Shown: positions 30,576 to 40,941, counted from the first letter of the stretch. The stretch: DNA of 51,144 nucleotides from Promethearchaeota archaeon (GCA_048940925.1 JBHLOC010000031.1:5745-56888); one strand, 5' to 3'. A program made the numbers and translations. Notes: generated by a model not told the origin, from the letters alone.

Positions 30576-30740
30576 CTATATCAATGTAAATATTTAAAAC
30601 AATTAATTATTTTTATAAAAACTACCATAAATATAAATTAATAACAAATAAAAATAAATATTAAAATAATATCTTATATTTTCGAATTAATTACATGAAA
30701 AACGATATTATTCTCAAAAAAACACCACAAAGTGAATTAA

Positions 30741-31280
30741 ATGATAAATGATGATGTTGCAAAAGGCTTTGTTTTCAAAATAACCGTTATAGGGGATGGT
30801 GCTGTTGGTAAAACAAGTTTAATTAAAAAATATACGCAAGGAAGTTTTCAAAAGGATTATATAAAAACTTTAGGAGCTCAATTTTCAAAATATGATGAAG
30901 AAATTGATGGTGATAATTGTAAATTATTCTTTTGGGACATTGCAGGGCAACGCGAATTTGATTTCATGCGACCTACTTTCTATAAAGGAAGTAAAGCAGC
31001 AATTATTGTATTCTCCCATACGGATGATGATAGTTTTAATCATATTGAGAATTGGCATGAAGATATAAAAAAATACACGGGAGAATTACCTATTGTTTTG
31101 TTTGGTAATAAAACAGATTTAGTTAAGAAAGAAGATTTAGATGATGAAAAAGTATTGAATATTGTAAATGAAAGAAATTTCTTGGGGTACTATAAAACAT
31201 CAGCCAAAACGGGATCCGGTGTTTATAAAGCATTTCAAGCGATAATTAAAGAATTATATAATAAATATAAAGAAGCTTAA
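30741..31280 (+). CDS. Rab-like small GTPase
   Basis: GDGAVGKT, TLG, WDIAGQ, NKTD, SAK. Confidence 0.95.
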   Translation: MINDDVAKGFVFKITVIGDGAVGKTSLIKKYTQGSFQKDYIKTLGAQFSKYDEEIDGDNCKLFFWDIAGQREFDFMRPTFYKGSKAAIIVFSHTDDDSFNHIENWHEDIKKYTGELPIVLFGNKTDLVKKEDLDDEKVLNIVNERNFLGYYKTSAKTGSGVYKAFQAIIKELYNKYKEA

Positions 31281-31283
31281 ACA

Positions 31284-31583
31284 ATGTATGATGATATTGA
31301 TCAAGGTTATCCTAAAATCTTGTTTTTTTCATCAAATCATTGCGCACCGTGCAGACCAGTGGAAGAAATGTTAAAGAAAATAAATATTTCACATTTTGGA
31401 AAGAAATTGAGAATACAAAAAATATCTATTGAATTAGAAGAGAATCGCGGATTTATGCAAGAGTATCGAATCACATCAGTCCCAACATTAATAATTGCGG
31501 ATAAAAAATTATCTGTAAATATCCAAGAGGAAGAAATTATAGATGCTATATTGTATGCGTTTATCACTTCTGTTAAAATATAA
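31284..31583 (+). CDS. Thioredoxin/glutaredoxin-like protein (CAPC)
   Basis: ILFFSSNHCAPC and cis-Pro motif SVPTL; starts 3 bp after the GTPase stop. Confidence 0.88.
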   Translation: MYDDIDQGYPKILFFSSNHCAPCRPVEEMLKKINISHFGKKLRIQKISIELEENRGFMQEYRITSVPTLIIADKKLSVNIQEEEIIDAILYAFITSVKI

Positions 31584-31639
31584 TTTTATAAATGTAAAAA
31601 TATGAAATTAATAAAAATAATAAATTAAGTGAAAAGAAA

Positions 31640-32119
31640 ATGGATCGACAATTACTCTCTAAAATTTTAGCTCAAATGAGAAAAAATTTAAAAGAAGGCA
31701 AATCTATTGGTGATATGAAGGTTGGTGCTTTACTTGCTTTAGGGCATCAACTAGAAGCAATATTTTATTATTTAGGACATGAATTAGGGTCAATTTTAAA
31801 GGTAAAAGAACTTAAAGATCCGAATCAAATTCCTTATGAGTTAAAAAAATTAGTCTCAGAATATAAACTTGGTGATGTTGAGATTATTGAAAGTACTGGA
31901 GAAATTGTCCAACTCAAATTAAGAAATCATTCTTCTATTAAGGATTTAATTAATAGAGGTATCAAGACAACAGGTAGTTTTTGCTCTTTTGAAGCTGGGT
32001 TATTAGCGGGAGTAGTAGAAAAGATGTCCGATGTTCACTGTTTTGCACAGGAATTGGAATGTAGCTTACAAACTGGCGAAAATTATTGTAGTTTTATGAT
32101 TGTATTTCAAACAGATTAA
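31640..32119 (+). CDS. V4R (4-vinyl reductase) domain protein, HNOB/Bet3-like fold
   Basis: FYYLGHELG, LG, CSFEAGLLAG, ELEC...G..YCSF (V4R metal-binding Cys/Glu pattern). Confidence 0.88.
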   Translation: MDRQLLSKILAQMRKNLKEGKSIGDMKVGALLALGHQLEAIFYYLGHELGSILKVKELKDPNQIPYELKKLVSEYKLGDVEIIESTGEIVQLKLRNHSSIKDLINRGIKTTGSFCSFEAGLLAGVVEKMSDVHCFAQELECSLQTGENYCSFMIVFQTD

Positions 32120-32280
32120 CTTTCAGAAGGATTAGAGCAGATGATTACTAATAAATTTTTCAATTTAGCTATAATTTTTGGTTAAATTTTTTCTTAAATT
32201 TTATTAGAAACATAAAGTAGAAAATTATTAATAATTATACACTATATTTTGAATATAAAATCCCTTTTTGATGATTAATA

Positions 32281-32808
32281 ATGGATGAAAATAAATGGAT
32301 AATTAAAATCACCCTTTTAGGAGAAAAGAATGTGGGAAAAACTTCACTTGTTTATAGGTATATTGAGAATAAATTTAGAGAAAGTTATAAAGCTACACTT
32401 GGTGTTAACCTTTTAAAGAAAGAGTTGGATGTTGGGGAGTATGGTGGTGTTTCTGCTCAGATTTGGGATCTTGGAGGGCAAGAGTCTTTTAAATCTTTAA
32501 GATCTCTATATCTTGAGGGTGCTAATGGGGCACTTGTAATTTTTGATATGACAGATAAAAACTCTTTTGAAAAACTTGACGAATGGATACAAGATTTTAA
32601 AATTGCAAGGGGAGATGCTCCTATTATCTTAATAGGAAATAAATCCGATTTAAAAAATCAAATAAAAATAACTGAGAAAGAAGCTTCTCAATTCGCTAAA
32701 ACTAACGGAATGGAATTAATTATTACATCAGCTAAAACTGGAGAAAACGTTGAAAATGCCTTTATAAAATTAACAAAGATAATTTTAGATAAAATTCCGA
32801 AGCAGTAA
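32281..32808 (+). CDS. Rab-like small GTPase
   Basis: GEKNVGKT, TLGV, WDLGGQ, NKSD, SAK. Confidence 0.95.
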   Translation: MDENKWIIKITLLGEKNVGKTSLVYRYIENKFRESYKATLGVNLLKKELDVGEYGGVSAQIWDLGGQESFKSLRSLYLEGANGALVIFDMTDKNSFEKLDEWIQDFKIARGDAPIILIGNKSDLKNQIKITEKEASQFAKTNGMELIITSAKTGENVENAFIKLTKIILDKIPKQ

Positions 32809-32936
32809 TTAATATTTTGGGAAAATAGTAGATTAATTCTTTTTCTTCACTAATTTTTTCAATATTGAATTTTCTAAAAAATTTTTTAACTATCAAAATT
32901 TGGTGTTTATAGCTTGATTCTTTTTTAAATCAACCA

Positions 32937-32948
32937 CCTTTATAAAGG
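32937..32948. promoter_or_regulatory. Palindromic TATA-box candidate upstream of tbp
   Basis: CCTTTATAAAGG is a perfect 12-bp palindrome containing TTTATAAA, about 100 bp upstream of the tbp ATG. Confidence 0.35.
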
Positions 32949-33046
32949 AAGATTTATTTAAATACAATTAATAAAAGAACCTTGCAAAAAAGAATATTTT
33001 TTGTTTCTTTATTTTAAAATCTCAATTATCACCTTAAGCTTAAATT

Positions 33047-33709
33047 ATGTCACAAGAAGATAATGAATTTGACGACGAATTTGAAGAAGAAGAGGAAGAA
33101 GGGGAAATTGATTATGAATCTGATTTAGACTATAAAATTGAGAATGTTGTAGCTACTGTTACGGTTGAAATTACAGAAAAAATTGATCTAAATCAAATAG
33201 CTAGAAAACATGCAGATGTAGAATATAATCCAGAACGTTTTCCCGGTTTAGTTATGCGCATTGAAAAACCTCGTGCTACAATTTTAATATTTTCAACTGG
33301 AAAAATGGTTGTTACTGGACTTAGACAAGCAGCTGAAGCAGAACGAGTCGTGGACAAGGTTGTCAAAAACATAAGAAAAGCAGGAATAAAATTAGCTAAT
33401 CCAGAAATTACAATTCAAAATATAGTAGCTTCTGGAGATTTACATACTAACATTGACCTAAATATGGCCGCTATCGTGATGGAATATGCTATGTATGAAC
33501 CTGAAGTATTTCCCGGATTAATTTACCGAATGCAAGATCCTAAAACTGTTTTCTTGATTTTCAGCACAGGGCGTATAGTTTGTACCGGAGCAAAGCAAAA
33601 AGAAATTGTAAGAGATGCTGTTTTAAAATTAAATCAACAAGTAAGGGAATTAGGTGTTGCTAAAAAAGATATAGGAGATTCTGAATACCAAGATATTACT
33701 TTCATATAA
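33047..33709 (+). CDS. tbp: TATA-box-binding protein with acidic N-terminal extension
   Basis: Two direct repeats: IENVVAT...YNPERFPGL...LIFSTGKMVVTG and IQNIVAS...YEPEVFPGL...LIFSTGRIVCTG. Confidence 0.98.
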   Translation: MSQEDNEFDDEFEEEEEEGEIDYESDLDYKIENVVATVTVEITEKIDLNQIARKHADVEYNPERFPGLVMRIEKPRATILIFSTGKMVVTGLRQAAEAERVVDKVVKNIRKAGIKLANPEITIQNIVASGDLHTNIDLNMAAIVMEYAMYEPEVFPGLIYRMQDPKTVFLIFSTGRIVCTGAKQKEIVRDAVLKLNQQVRELGVAKKDIGDSEYQDITFI

Positions 33710-33814
33710 AATTTTTTTATATTTTTTATTATTTTTCCTTTTCCAGTAGTCATTTAAGTTAATATAAATCAGGTTAAGTATAGTTAAGACTATGGAAGTA
33801 ATTTTAATTCTTAT

Positions 33815-34153
33815 TCAAATAGCTTTCTTACTATTTATAGCATTAATTGAATTGATATATTCTTCATACAAAGCATCAACTAAATTGAATTCTTTAGCTT
33901 TATTAAAAGCCAAAATAAATAACTGATTTAGAGTTTTTTGATTATTTATTTCATATATATTCTCATCAAGCCCTAATTGGTCACTATGCTGATCAAGAAA
34001 ATTGCATAAGATATATCTATTTTCTTTTCTTAAATTCACTCTATTCAATGCACCAAACATTCTTAAAATCAATGGGGTTTGAAATTTAATGTTATTATGA
34101 GGTAGTAATGTAAATTCTTTAAGAATTTTATATCTCTTATAAGATACCGACAT
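33815..34153 (-). CDS. Hypothetical helical protein
   Basis: 112-aa ATG-started ORF, co-oriented with the upstream acylphosphatase; no motif recognised. Confidence 0.6.
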   Translation of the reverse strand: MSVSYKRYKILKEFTLLPHNNIKFQTPLILRMFGALNRVNLRKENRYILCNFLDQHSDQLGLDENIYEINNQKTLNQLFILAFNKAKEFNLVDALYEEYINSINAINSKKAI

Positions 34154-34230
34154 AAATAATGTATTTCAAGTATCATTATTGAAAAAAAGTAATATCCTAG
34201 TATTATAGTGCAATATTGGATCATTAAATA

Positions 34231-34509
34231 CTAAAATTCATAGTCAAATCCTTTATATTGGTGTTTAGGCTCTAAAATTTCATGTTGCACTTTTTCTACT
34301 TTTGCATGTCTCGGTCCTGTTTTAGCAAATTCTAAAAGCTCGAATAATTTATCTTCAAGGCCTTCTGCTTCAATAAATACGCTTCCATCCGGTAAGTTTT
34401 TAACATACCCCGTCAATCCTAATTTTCGTGCAACCTTTCGTGTGGTATATCTAAAGAACACTCCTTGTACAAGCCCAAATACTTTTATAATGATTCTTAA
34501 TTCTTTCAT
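34231..34509 (-). CDS. acyP: Acylphosphatase
   Basis: GLVQGVFFR, GYVKNLPDGSV, GP. Confidence 0.95.
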   Translation of the reverse strand: MKELRIIIKVFGLVQGVFFRYTTRKVARKLGLTGYVKNLPDGSVFIEAEGLEDKLFELLEFAKTGPRHAKVEKVQHEILEPKHQYKGFDYEF

Positions 34510-35144
34510 ATATTTAAATAATAGAGATCTTTATCAGAATTATATCCAATTACATCATTTTTAGCAAGAGTTTGAAGCACATTCTGCAACCATTGAATAC
34601 TAGTATGAGTAAGTTTTTTTATATCATTAAAACTTAAACTTTCATTCACCGTTAATAAAAATAAGATTCTACTTTTAACAGTTAAATGATTTGAGGTTAA
34701 CACTTTTTCGAATTTTATTTCCCAATCATACTCCTTAGTTTTTAATTCAGCTACTTGATTACTTAAGTGTGTTATTACCTGATCAGTCACACGAAAAGCA
34801 TCTAAACTAAGATTAAACATCGTCTCCAATCTTTTCTTTAATTTATCTTCTTGAGTAACCTTATCAAGCTCTTTATTGAATTCTTCTAGAAGTTCCAAAT
34901 AATCATTTCCATCTTCATACCGTACCCTTAAAACTAAAACAATTATCATTTCTTTATTTTCATTATAATAAGAAACTGAATTCCATTCTTTTTCTTCAGT
35001 AATAATATAGGATTCTGTAAAATTATGGGATATTGTAATTTGTTGAACAACAGGATCCGGGATATCTAAATCTTCTGGGTATCGCATATAAATGGTCCCC
35101 CCTAATACGTCATCCCATTTAATTAGAAAGATACCCGATGGCAT
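34506..35144 (-). CDS. uDENN/longin-like N-terminal domain + coiled coil + C-terminal winged helix
   Basis: GIFLIKWDDVLGGTIYMRYP beta-hairpin start; C-terminal ILFLL...LSFNDI...WLQNVLQTL...VIGY wHTH; ATGA overlap with acyP. Confidence 0.65.
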   Translation of the reverse strand: MPSGIFLIKWDDVLGGTIYMRYPEDLDIPDPVVQQITISHNFTESYIITEEKEWNSVSYYNENKEMIIVLVLRVRYEDGNDYLELLEEFNKELDKVTQEDKLKKRLETMFNLSLDAFRVTDQVITHLSNQVAELKTKEYDWEIKFEKVLTSNHLTVKSRILFLLTVNESLSFNDIKKLTHTSIQWLQNVLQTLAKNDVIGYNSDKDLYYLNI

Positions 35145-35388
35145 AATAAATCAGGTTTTTTTGATTAATTTTGAAATATGCTTTTAAAGCAGTCAAAGAA
35201 AAATAAACTTGTTAATAAAATAATATCGTTTTAAGTAATAAAAATTTAGTTCTTTGTTCTTATTTAATTAAATATAATATCTTTGTGTAAATTCTATTAG
35301 GTTGTTTAAAAAAATAATAGACTGCATTAAGAGAATTACTAGAAAAATAAATAATTCTTTGTCAATTTATCACTTAGAGGTATAATAG

Positions 35389-35658
35389 ATGAATGTTTAT
35401 TATGTATATATTTTAGAAACTATCTCAAAAAAAGGAAGAAAATCATATTATACAGGATACACCAATAATCTCCATAGGAGATGGAATGAACATCGAACTG
35501 GGACTGGAGCTAAATTTTGTCGAGGAAAAAAACATATTGAGTTAAAATATTTCGAGACTTTTCAAACCAGAAGAGAGGCAATGAGGAGAGAATTAGAGAT
35601 AAAATCATTTTCAAGAAATCAAAAAAAAGAATTAATAAAAAGCATAGATATTAATTAA
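35389..35658 (+). CDS. GIY-YIG nuclease (UPF0213/YhbQ-like)
   Basis: YYVYIL...YYTGYTNNL.RR..EH..G.GAKF...EA.RRE..IK. Confidence 0.92.
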   Translation: MNVYYVYILETISKKGRKSYYTGYTNNLHRRWNEHRTGTGAKFCRGKKHIELKYFETFQTRREAMRRELEIKSFSRNQKKELIKSIDIN

Positions 35659-35659
35659 G

Positions 35660-36475
35660 TTGAATTTCTCAGTGCATAACAAAAATTTTATTGTTTGTTT
35701 AGCGGGATTACCTGCTTCTGGCAAGACAACATTTGCTAATAAATTAAAAATGTTTCTTGAGAGAAGATTAGGTAAATCGAAAGTTAAAATAATCGATCCC
35801 GATAAAATAAGAAAAAGTTTAATATCCGATAAATTTAATCACAGAGAAGAACCTAAGGTTAGGAAAGAAAACCTAAGGGCAATTGAAAAGGAAGTACAAA
35901 ACGGTTTTATTGTTATCAGTGATGATCTAAATTATTACTCAAGTATGAGACATGATATTAAAAAAATTGCTGAAAAATTTAATATTAGTTTTTTTATAAT
36001 ACACATTGCTACACCTCTCGAAGTATGCATAAAATGGAATAAGTTACGAGGGGAGCCCATTCCAAACAAAATTGTTAAAGAAATTCATAAAAAATTTGAT
36101 TATTTTAATAAATATTATTGGGATTTTCCCCACGCACAATATGATCTTTCTCAAATCAAAAATATGGATAAGGAAGTTGAAGAGCTTATAGAAATTTTTT
36201 TAAAAAAAAGAGATATTCCTCAAAATGGTAAAAAAGAAGAAGAGTATAGGAAAACTATATCAGGAATAGATAATGAGAATTTAGATAAAATTACAAGAAT
36301 ATATGTAGGGACTCTTTTAAAAAATCCGAATTATACTCATTTAAAGACTGAGATTATTAAATTAAGAAAACTATTTATAAAACTTAATAAGAATAAATCT
36401 TTAAAGGATTTGGAAATTTTAAGAGTATTTAGAACCTATTTAGAAAAAAATCTAAATATACGAATATCTGAATAA
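35660..36475 (+). CDS. pstK: L-seryl-tRNA(Sec) kinase (PSTK; KTI12 family)
   Basis: GLPASGKT, D.D.IR, DDLNYYSSMR, N..R, WD.P, and C-terminal LDKITR..VG as in archaeal PSTK. Confidence 0.82.
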   Translation: MNFSVHNKNFIVCLAGLPASGKTTFANKLKMFLERRLGKSKVKIIDPDKIRKSLISDKFNHREEPKVRKENLRAIEKEVQNGFIVISDDLNYYSSMRHDIKKIAEKFNISFFIIHIATPLEVCIKWNKLRGEPIPNKIVKEIHKKFDYFNKYYWDFPHAQYDLSQIKNMDKEVEELIEIFLKKRDIPQNGKKEEEYRKTISGIDNENLDKITRIYVGTLLKNPNYTHLKTEIIKLRKLFIKLNKNKSLKDLEILRVFRTYLEKNLNIRISE

Positions 36476-36589
36476 CGTTCATAACTGATTATTATAAAAA
36501 TTAAAGAAAAAGAAAATAAACCATAATTACTTTAATTACTTGTATTTAGATAATTAATTTGTGTGATTTAATTTTAAAAAAATTTAAAA

Positions 36590-38869
36590 ATGAACCAAGA
36601 AAAAGAAATTAAGGATATTGCTAAAGTAAGAATTGAAAGGTTAGATAAGAGTAGGAGTGGACGCTCGTTATGTTATATTGATCAGGATGTAATGTTTAAT
36701 CTTGGATTAAATACTGGAGATATCATTGAAATAAGAGGTAAGAAAAAAACAACAGGTATTGCTGTTTCCAGTTCTAATGATAGAGGAAAAAGAACAATAC
36801 GTTTAGACGGTCTTCAAAGATTAAATGTAGGTGCAACTATTGGTGAATTTGTTTCAATAAAAGTTACTGAGGTATATCCTGCTCGAGAAATTGTATTAAC
36901 TCCTACTAGACCAAATGTAGACTTAAAAAGACAAGCAGATGCGATTAAAGGTAAGTTGATTGATAAGCCCGTAGTGATTGGCGATATAGTTGAAGTATTA
37001 GGTACTTTTGTTCATAGGGAAGATCAGGATAACCCAATGTCTGATATAATGAAATTTTTTCAATTTGGAGGTAAAAGAAGACCCACATTAGGGACATTAA
37101 GATTACTTGTTGAAAATCTCAAACCTCAAGATAAAGTTGTAAAAATTACTCGTGATACTATAATAAAGGTTAATAGAAGGGTTGCTGTTCTAAATGTTTC
37201 TGGAGGCGTTGTCACATATGATGATGTGGGAGGTTTAACAGATGAAATTCAGAGAATAAGAGAAATGGTTGAATTACCAATTAAACATCCTGAACTATTC
37301 CATCGTTTAAACATTGATCCACCTAAAGGAGTATTATTTTATGGTCCTTCAGGAACAGGTAAAACATTAATGGCAAAAGCTGTATCTCAAGAATCTAATG
37401 CTAATTTCATCACTATTAATGGTCCAGAAATTATGAGTAAATTTTATGGAGCAAGTGAAGGGAGATTACGTGAAATCTTTAGAGAAGCCGAAGATAATGC
37501 ACCATCGATTATATTTATTGATGAAATCGATTCAATTGCTCCTAAGAGAGTTGATACATCTGGTGAAGTCGAAAGACGTGTAGTATCTCAACTTTTATCA
37601 TTAATGGATGGCTTACGTGGTAGAGGTGAAATTATATGTGTTGGAGCTACAAATAGAGTAAATGCAATTGACGAAGCTTTAAGAAGGCCAGGAAGATTCG
37701 ATAGAGAGATTGAATTTGGAGTTCCAAATGTTAAAGGTAGAAAAGAGATATTCCAAATACACACAAGAGGAATGCCGCTTGAGGAAAATGTTAATCTTGA
37801 TAATTATGCTGAAATAACACATGGTTTTGTCGGAGCAGATATCATGGCAGTAAGTAGAGAAGCTGCGATGTTTTCATTAAGAAGAGTATTGCCAAAAATA
37901 AATTTGGATGAACCAATTCCAAGTGAAGTTATTCAAGAATTAAGAATAAAAGATGATGATTTTATAAAAGCGATTAATTTAATTGAACCTTCAGCTATGC
38001 GAGAAGTGATGGTTGAGGTTCCTGATGTTTCGTGGGAAGATATTGGAGGTTTAGAAGATATTAAAGAAGAATTAAGAGAAGCTGTAGAATGGCCATTAAA
38101 ATATCCAAAAGTATTTAAAAAGGCAGGTATTCGCCCCTTGAACGGGATCCTCCTTTTTGGACCCCCTGGTTGTGGTAAAACTCTTTTAGCTAAAGCTATA
38201 TCTAACGAAAGCCAATCAAATTTTATAGCAATAAAAGGTCCAGAAATATTTTCTAAATGGGTAGGAGAAAGTGAAAAAGCAGTACGAGAGATATTTCGAA
38301 AAGCACGTCAAGCTGCACCTTCAATAATATATTTTGATGAAATAGATGCAATATCTGCCGGAAGGGGATCTTATGAGAATACACATACCTTCGCATCAAT
38401 AGTAAATCAAATTTTAGTTGAGATGGATGGTATTGAAAATAGAAAAGGAATTGTTATTATAGCAAGCACAAATCGTCCTGATATTGTTGATCCTGCGTTT
38501 TTAAGACCTGGAAGATTTGATCGTTTAATTTATGTAGAAGCTCCAGATTACAATGCTAGATTAAAAATCTTAGAAGTTCATACTAAATTTATGCCATTAT
38601 CTGAAAATGTTTCCTTAGAAAGTATAGCACAGAAAACAGAGGGGTATAGTGGGGCAGACTTAGAAAATCTGAGCCGAGAAGCGGGAATGCAAGCGATTAG
38701 AGAAAAAATGACTTCTTTAGATAGAATAGAAAAAAAGCATTTTGATTTCGCTTTATCTAAGATAAAGTCAACACTACCAGAAGAAATAATTGAAAGATAT
38801 AAAAATATGGCTAAACAATTAACTGAGTCTCGAAATATTAGTGAATCTAAAGCTGACTTCTATAAATAA
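36590..38869 (+). CDS. cdc48: CDC48/VCP/VAT AAA+ ATPase
   Basis: N-domain; D1 GPSGTGKT / FIDEID / RRPGRFDRE; D2 GPPGCGKT / YFDEID / RPGRFDR; C-terminal FYK (HbYX-like). Confidence 0.97.
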   Translation: MNQEKEIKDIAKVRIERLDKSRSGRSLCYIDQDVMFNLGLNTGDIIEIRGKKKTTGIAVSSSNDRGKRTIRLDGLQRLNVGATIGEFVSIKVTEVYPAREIVLTPTRPNVDLKRQADAIKGKLIDKPVVIGDIVEVLGTFVHREDQDNPMSDIMKFFQFGGKRRPTLGTLRLLVENLKPQDKVVKITRDTIIKVNRRVAVLNVSGGVVTYDDVGGLTDEIQRIREMVELPIKHPELFHRLNIDPPKGVLFYGPSGTGKTLMAKAVSQESNANFITINGPEIMSKFYGASEGRLREIFREAEDNAPSIIFIDEIDSIAPKRVDTSGEVERRVVSQLLSLMDGLRGRGEIICVGATNRVNAIDEALRRPGRFDREIEFGVPNVKGRKEIFQIHTRGMPLEENVNLDNYAEITHGFVGADIMAVSREAAMFSLRRVLPKINLDEPIPSEVIQELRIKDDDFIKAINLIEPSAMREVMVEVPDVSWEDIGGLEDIKEELREAVEWPLKYPKVFKKAGIRPLNGILLFGPPGCGKTLLAKAISNESQSNFIAIKGPEIFSKWVGESEKAVREIFRKARQAAPSIIYFDEIDAISAGRGSYENTHTFASIVNQILVEMDGIENRKGIVIIASTNRPDIVDPAFLRPGRFDRLIYVEAPDYNARLKILEVHTKFMPLSENVSLESIAQKTEGYSGADLENLSREAGMQAIREKMTSLDRIEKKHFDFALSKIKSTLPEEIIERYKNMAKQLTESRNISESKADFYK

Positions 38870-39386
38870 AAGAATATTATAATTGTAATTATCTACTTCT
38901 TTTAATAAATTTTAAACATTTTTACCATTGCTTAATTTTAAATAATTAATCTCCTAAGAAACATTTAATTATTATTTTAAGCTCAGAAAAATGAGTGAAA
39001 TTATAATAGTTCAACTTACTATTGTGAATCATCATAATTTTTTAAAAGGTATCCCCTGTTTCTCTTCGTAATTTCATTCTCAAAACCTTAATATTGCTCC
39101 TTAAAAACCTAATTATCGCAGTATAACTATTCCTTCCCTTGATTAAATATTCGCTACGATAATTCCTTTTTAAAATTGAGCTAAGTAGGTATGCTGGAAT
39201 TTCAATAAAAACCTAATATTAGATTTTTAATATTTAATCTAAGTAAGTTGGCTAAATTCAGTAGGTTTCTCAAGAAGTCTAACTTCCTTTACTATTTCCA
39301 GTGTAATATGATTAAATATTAGATTTAAAAAAGATATATGAAAATAACTTAAGAATAAAATAAAAGTAAATATTTTCAAAAAAAAT

Positions 39387-40037
39387 TCAAGAAACTTTCT
39401 CTTGGACAATATCGAGCATCCTAATAATATATTCAGCAGTGTTCTGAGTTTTGGAGAAAAGTACTATTGGCATAAAAAATACTCTAGCGTTACCATTGAC
39501 ATATTCACCTTTATTTACTGGAATCCTAAAAAATCCAGAAAATTCTCCAAATTTAATAGTGAGATCGTCTATTTTCATTTTTTTATTTAACCTAATAATG
39601 AATCTAGGGAGTTTTTTGGGTTTTTTGTCTATTAAATTGGGATTATCGTTAATTTTTAATTTTATAAAATACACTCCATTTGCAAACCCTGAAAACATAA
39701 TATATATCTGATCTTTTATTGACATTATGAACTTAGAATTTAAACTGATATGATCAAGCTTAAGAGGTTTTATCATTTTATAATAAAAGAGTATATGCCT
39801 TGAGGTAGACCCAAGGAAATATAAAACATAGATTCCAGTGATCCATATAACAACAGTTGCGATAAATGAAATAGCTACCCATAACTCTGATTCATAATTA
39901 ATACTTAAAGAAATAAATAAGAATAAAACTCCAAAAATAATACAGAAAATGAAAAACCCAACACTAAGATTCATCCTAAATTTAACCTTTTTTAGTTTAT
40001 AATCAATCTCACTGTTCTCTAATATTATTTCTCTCAT
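39387..40037 (-). CDS. Hypothetical protein with two N-terminal TM helices
   Basis: 216-aa ATG ORF, two hydrophobic segments followed by a beta-rich soluble domain. Confidence 0.65.
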   Translation of the reverse strand: MREIILENSEIDYKLKKVKFRMNLSVGFFIFCIIFGVLFLFISLSINYESELWVAISFIATVVIWITGIYVLYFLGSTSRHILFYYKMIKPLKLDHISLNSKFIMSIKDQIYIMFSGFANGVYFIKLKINDNPNLIDKKPKKLPRFIIRLNKKMKIDDLTIKFGEFSGFFRIPVNKGEYVNGNARVFFMPIVLFSKTQNTAEYIIRMLDIVQEKVS

Positions 40038-40059
40038 AGGGTTTACTGATTACATCTTT

Positions 40060-40941
40060 TTAATTTAATAAATCTAAAAACCTATTTAAATTAGCATGAT
40101 ATTCATCTCTTTTGAGTAAAGTGCCCATATGCCCTACATTCTCAAATATTATTTCTTCTACATTGGGATATTGCCTTCTTAATTCCTCATGATAAGGAAA
40201 GCCATGATCGTCATTCGCTGTAAAAATTAGAACTTTTCCATCCCACCCGTAATAATCTTCTATATTGTATTTTTCATTATTGAATTCTCTTGTGAGAATT
40301 GCTTGACATACTATAACACTTTTCTCTATTTTACTAAACCTTTCTTTCATAAATGCAATTGTAAATTTTAATTCTTCCTGAATTTCATTAGTTATATCTT
40401 TGTCTTCATTGGCTAATTTTAAAAGTTTTTTTGATATCAATTTCCTTAATAGAAAAGCTGGTATAAATTTAAACACTTTTATAGATTTTTTAAAATCCTT
40501 TACCCATTCATTTTTTGGAGGATAACTATTTATAAGAATAAGTGCCTCTATATTTTTATAATTTCTATGAAAATACGGTTGAGCCATGAAACTTCCAAAG
40601 CTCTGACCTATTAATATAAATTTTTTCACATTTTCTTTCTTTAGAATTTCATTTACTCCTTCACTAAATTCATCCAAGCTTTCAAAATTAGTAATTGAGG
40701 GGGCGATAACCCTATAATTTTTTTCAAAAAAAAGAATAGCTTGAAAATTACCCTCTGCATTTCCAAGTGCACCATGAAAGGTAAGAACTGTTTTTTCACC
40801 AGTTCCACAACTAATATATTCTATTTCTTTATTTCTTAATATAATAGTTTTTATAGGATGATTTTTTCTATAATCTACTAAGCGTTGATAAAGTTCTGGG
40901 GTAACATCCTTATAAAATTTGGAATTACTTTGGTTTTTCAT
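40060..40941 (-). CDS. Alpha/beta-fold hydrolase
   Basis: FHG oxyanion loop, GQSFG nucleophile elbow, Asp (ANDD) and His (GHMG). Confidence 0.9.
   Translation of the reverse strand: MKNQSNSKFYKDVTPELYQRLVDYRKNHPIKTIILRNKEIEYISCGTGEKTVLTFHGALGNAEGNFQAILFFEKNYRVIAPSITNFESLDEFSEGVNEILKKENVKKFILIGQSFGSFMAQPYFHRNYKNIEALILINSYPPKNEWVKDFKKSIKVFKFIPAFLLRKLISKKLLKLANEDKDITNEIQEELKFTIAFMKERFSKIEKSVIVCQAILTREFNNEKYNIEDYYGWDGKVLIFTANDDHGFPYHEELRRQYPNVEEIIFENVGHMGTLLKRDEYHANLNRFLDLLN

Noticed and set aside
31284-31583. Thioredoxin as a selenoprotein or as KaiB
   Set aside because: The active site is plain CAPC (tgc gca ccg tgc) with no TGA; the CxxC motif and the absence of a KaiC neighbour argue against KaiB.
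35389-35658. GIY-YIG gene as a homing endonuclease or mobile element
   Set aside because: It is an 89-aa stand-alone UPF0213-type protein with no DNA-binding extension, intron context or terminal repeats.
38870-39386. About 500-bp spacer with a ~55-codon minus-strand open stretch (FIEIPAYLLSS...ETGDTF*)
   Set aside because: No convincing start or recognisable motif, and no tRNA or repeat structure seen; it may be a gene remnant but I cannot support a call.
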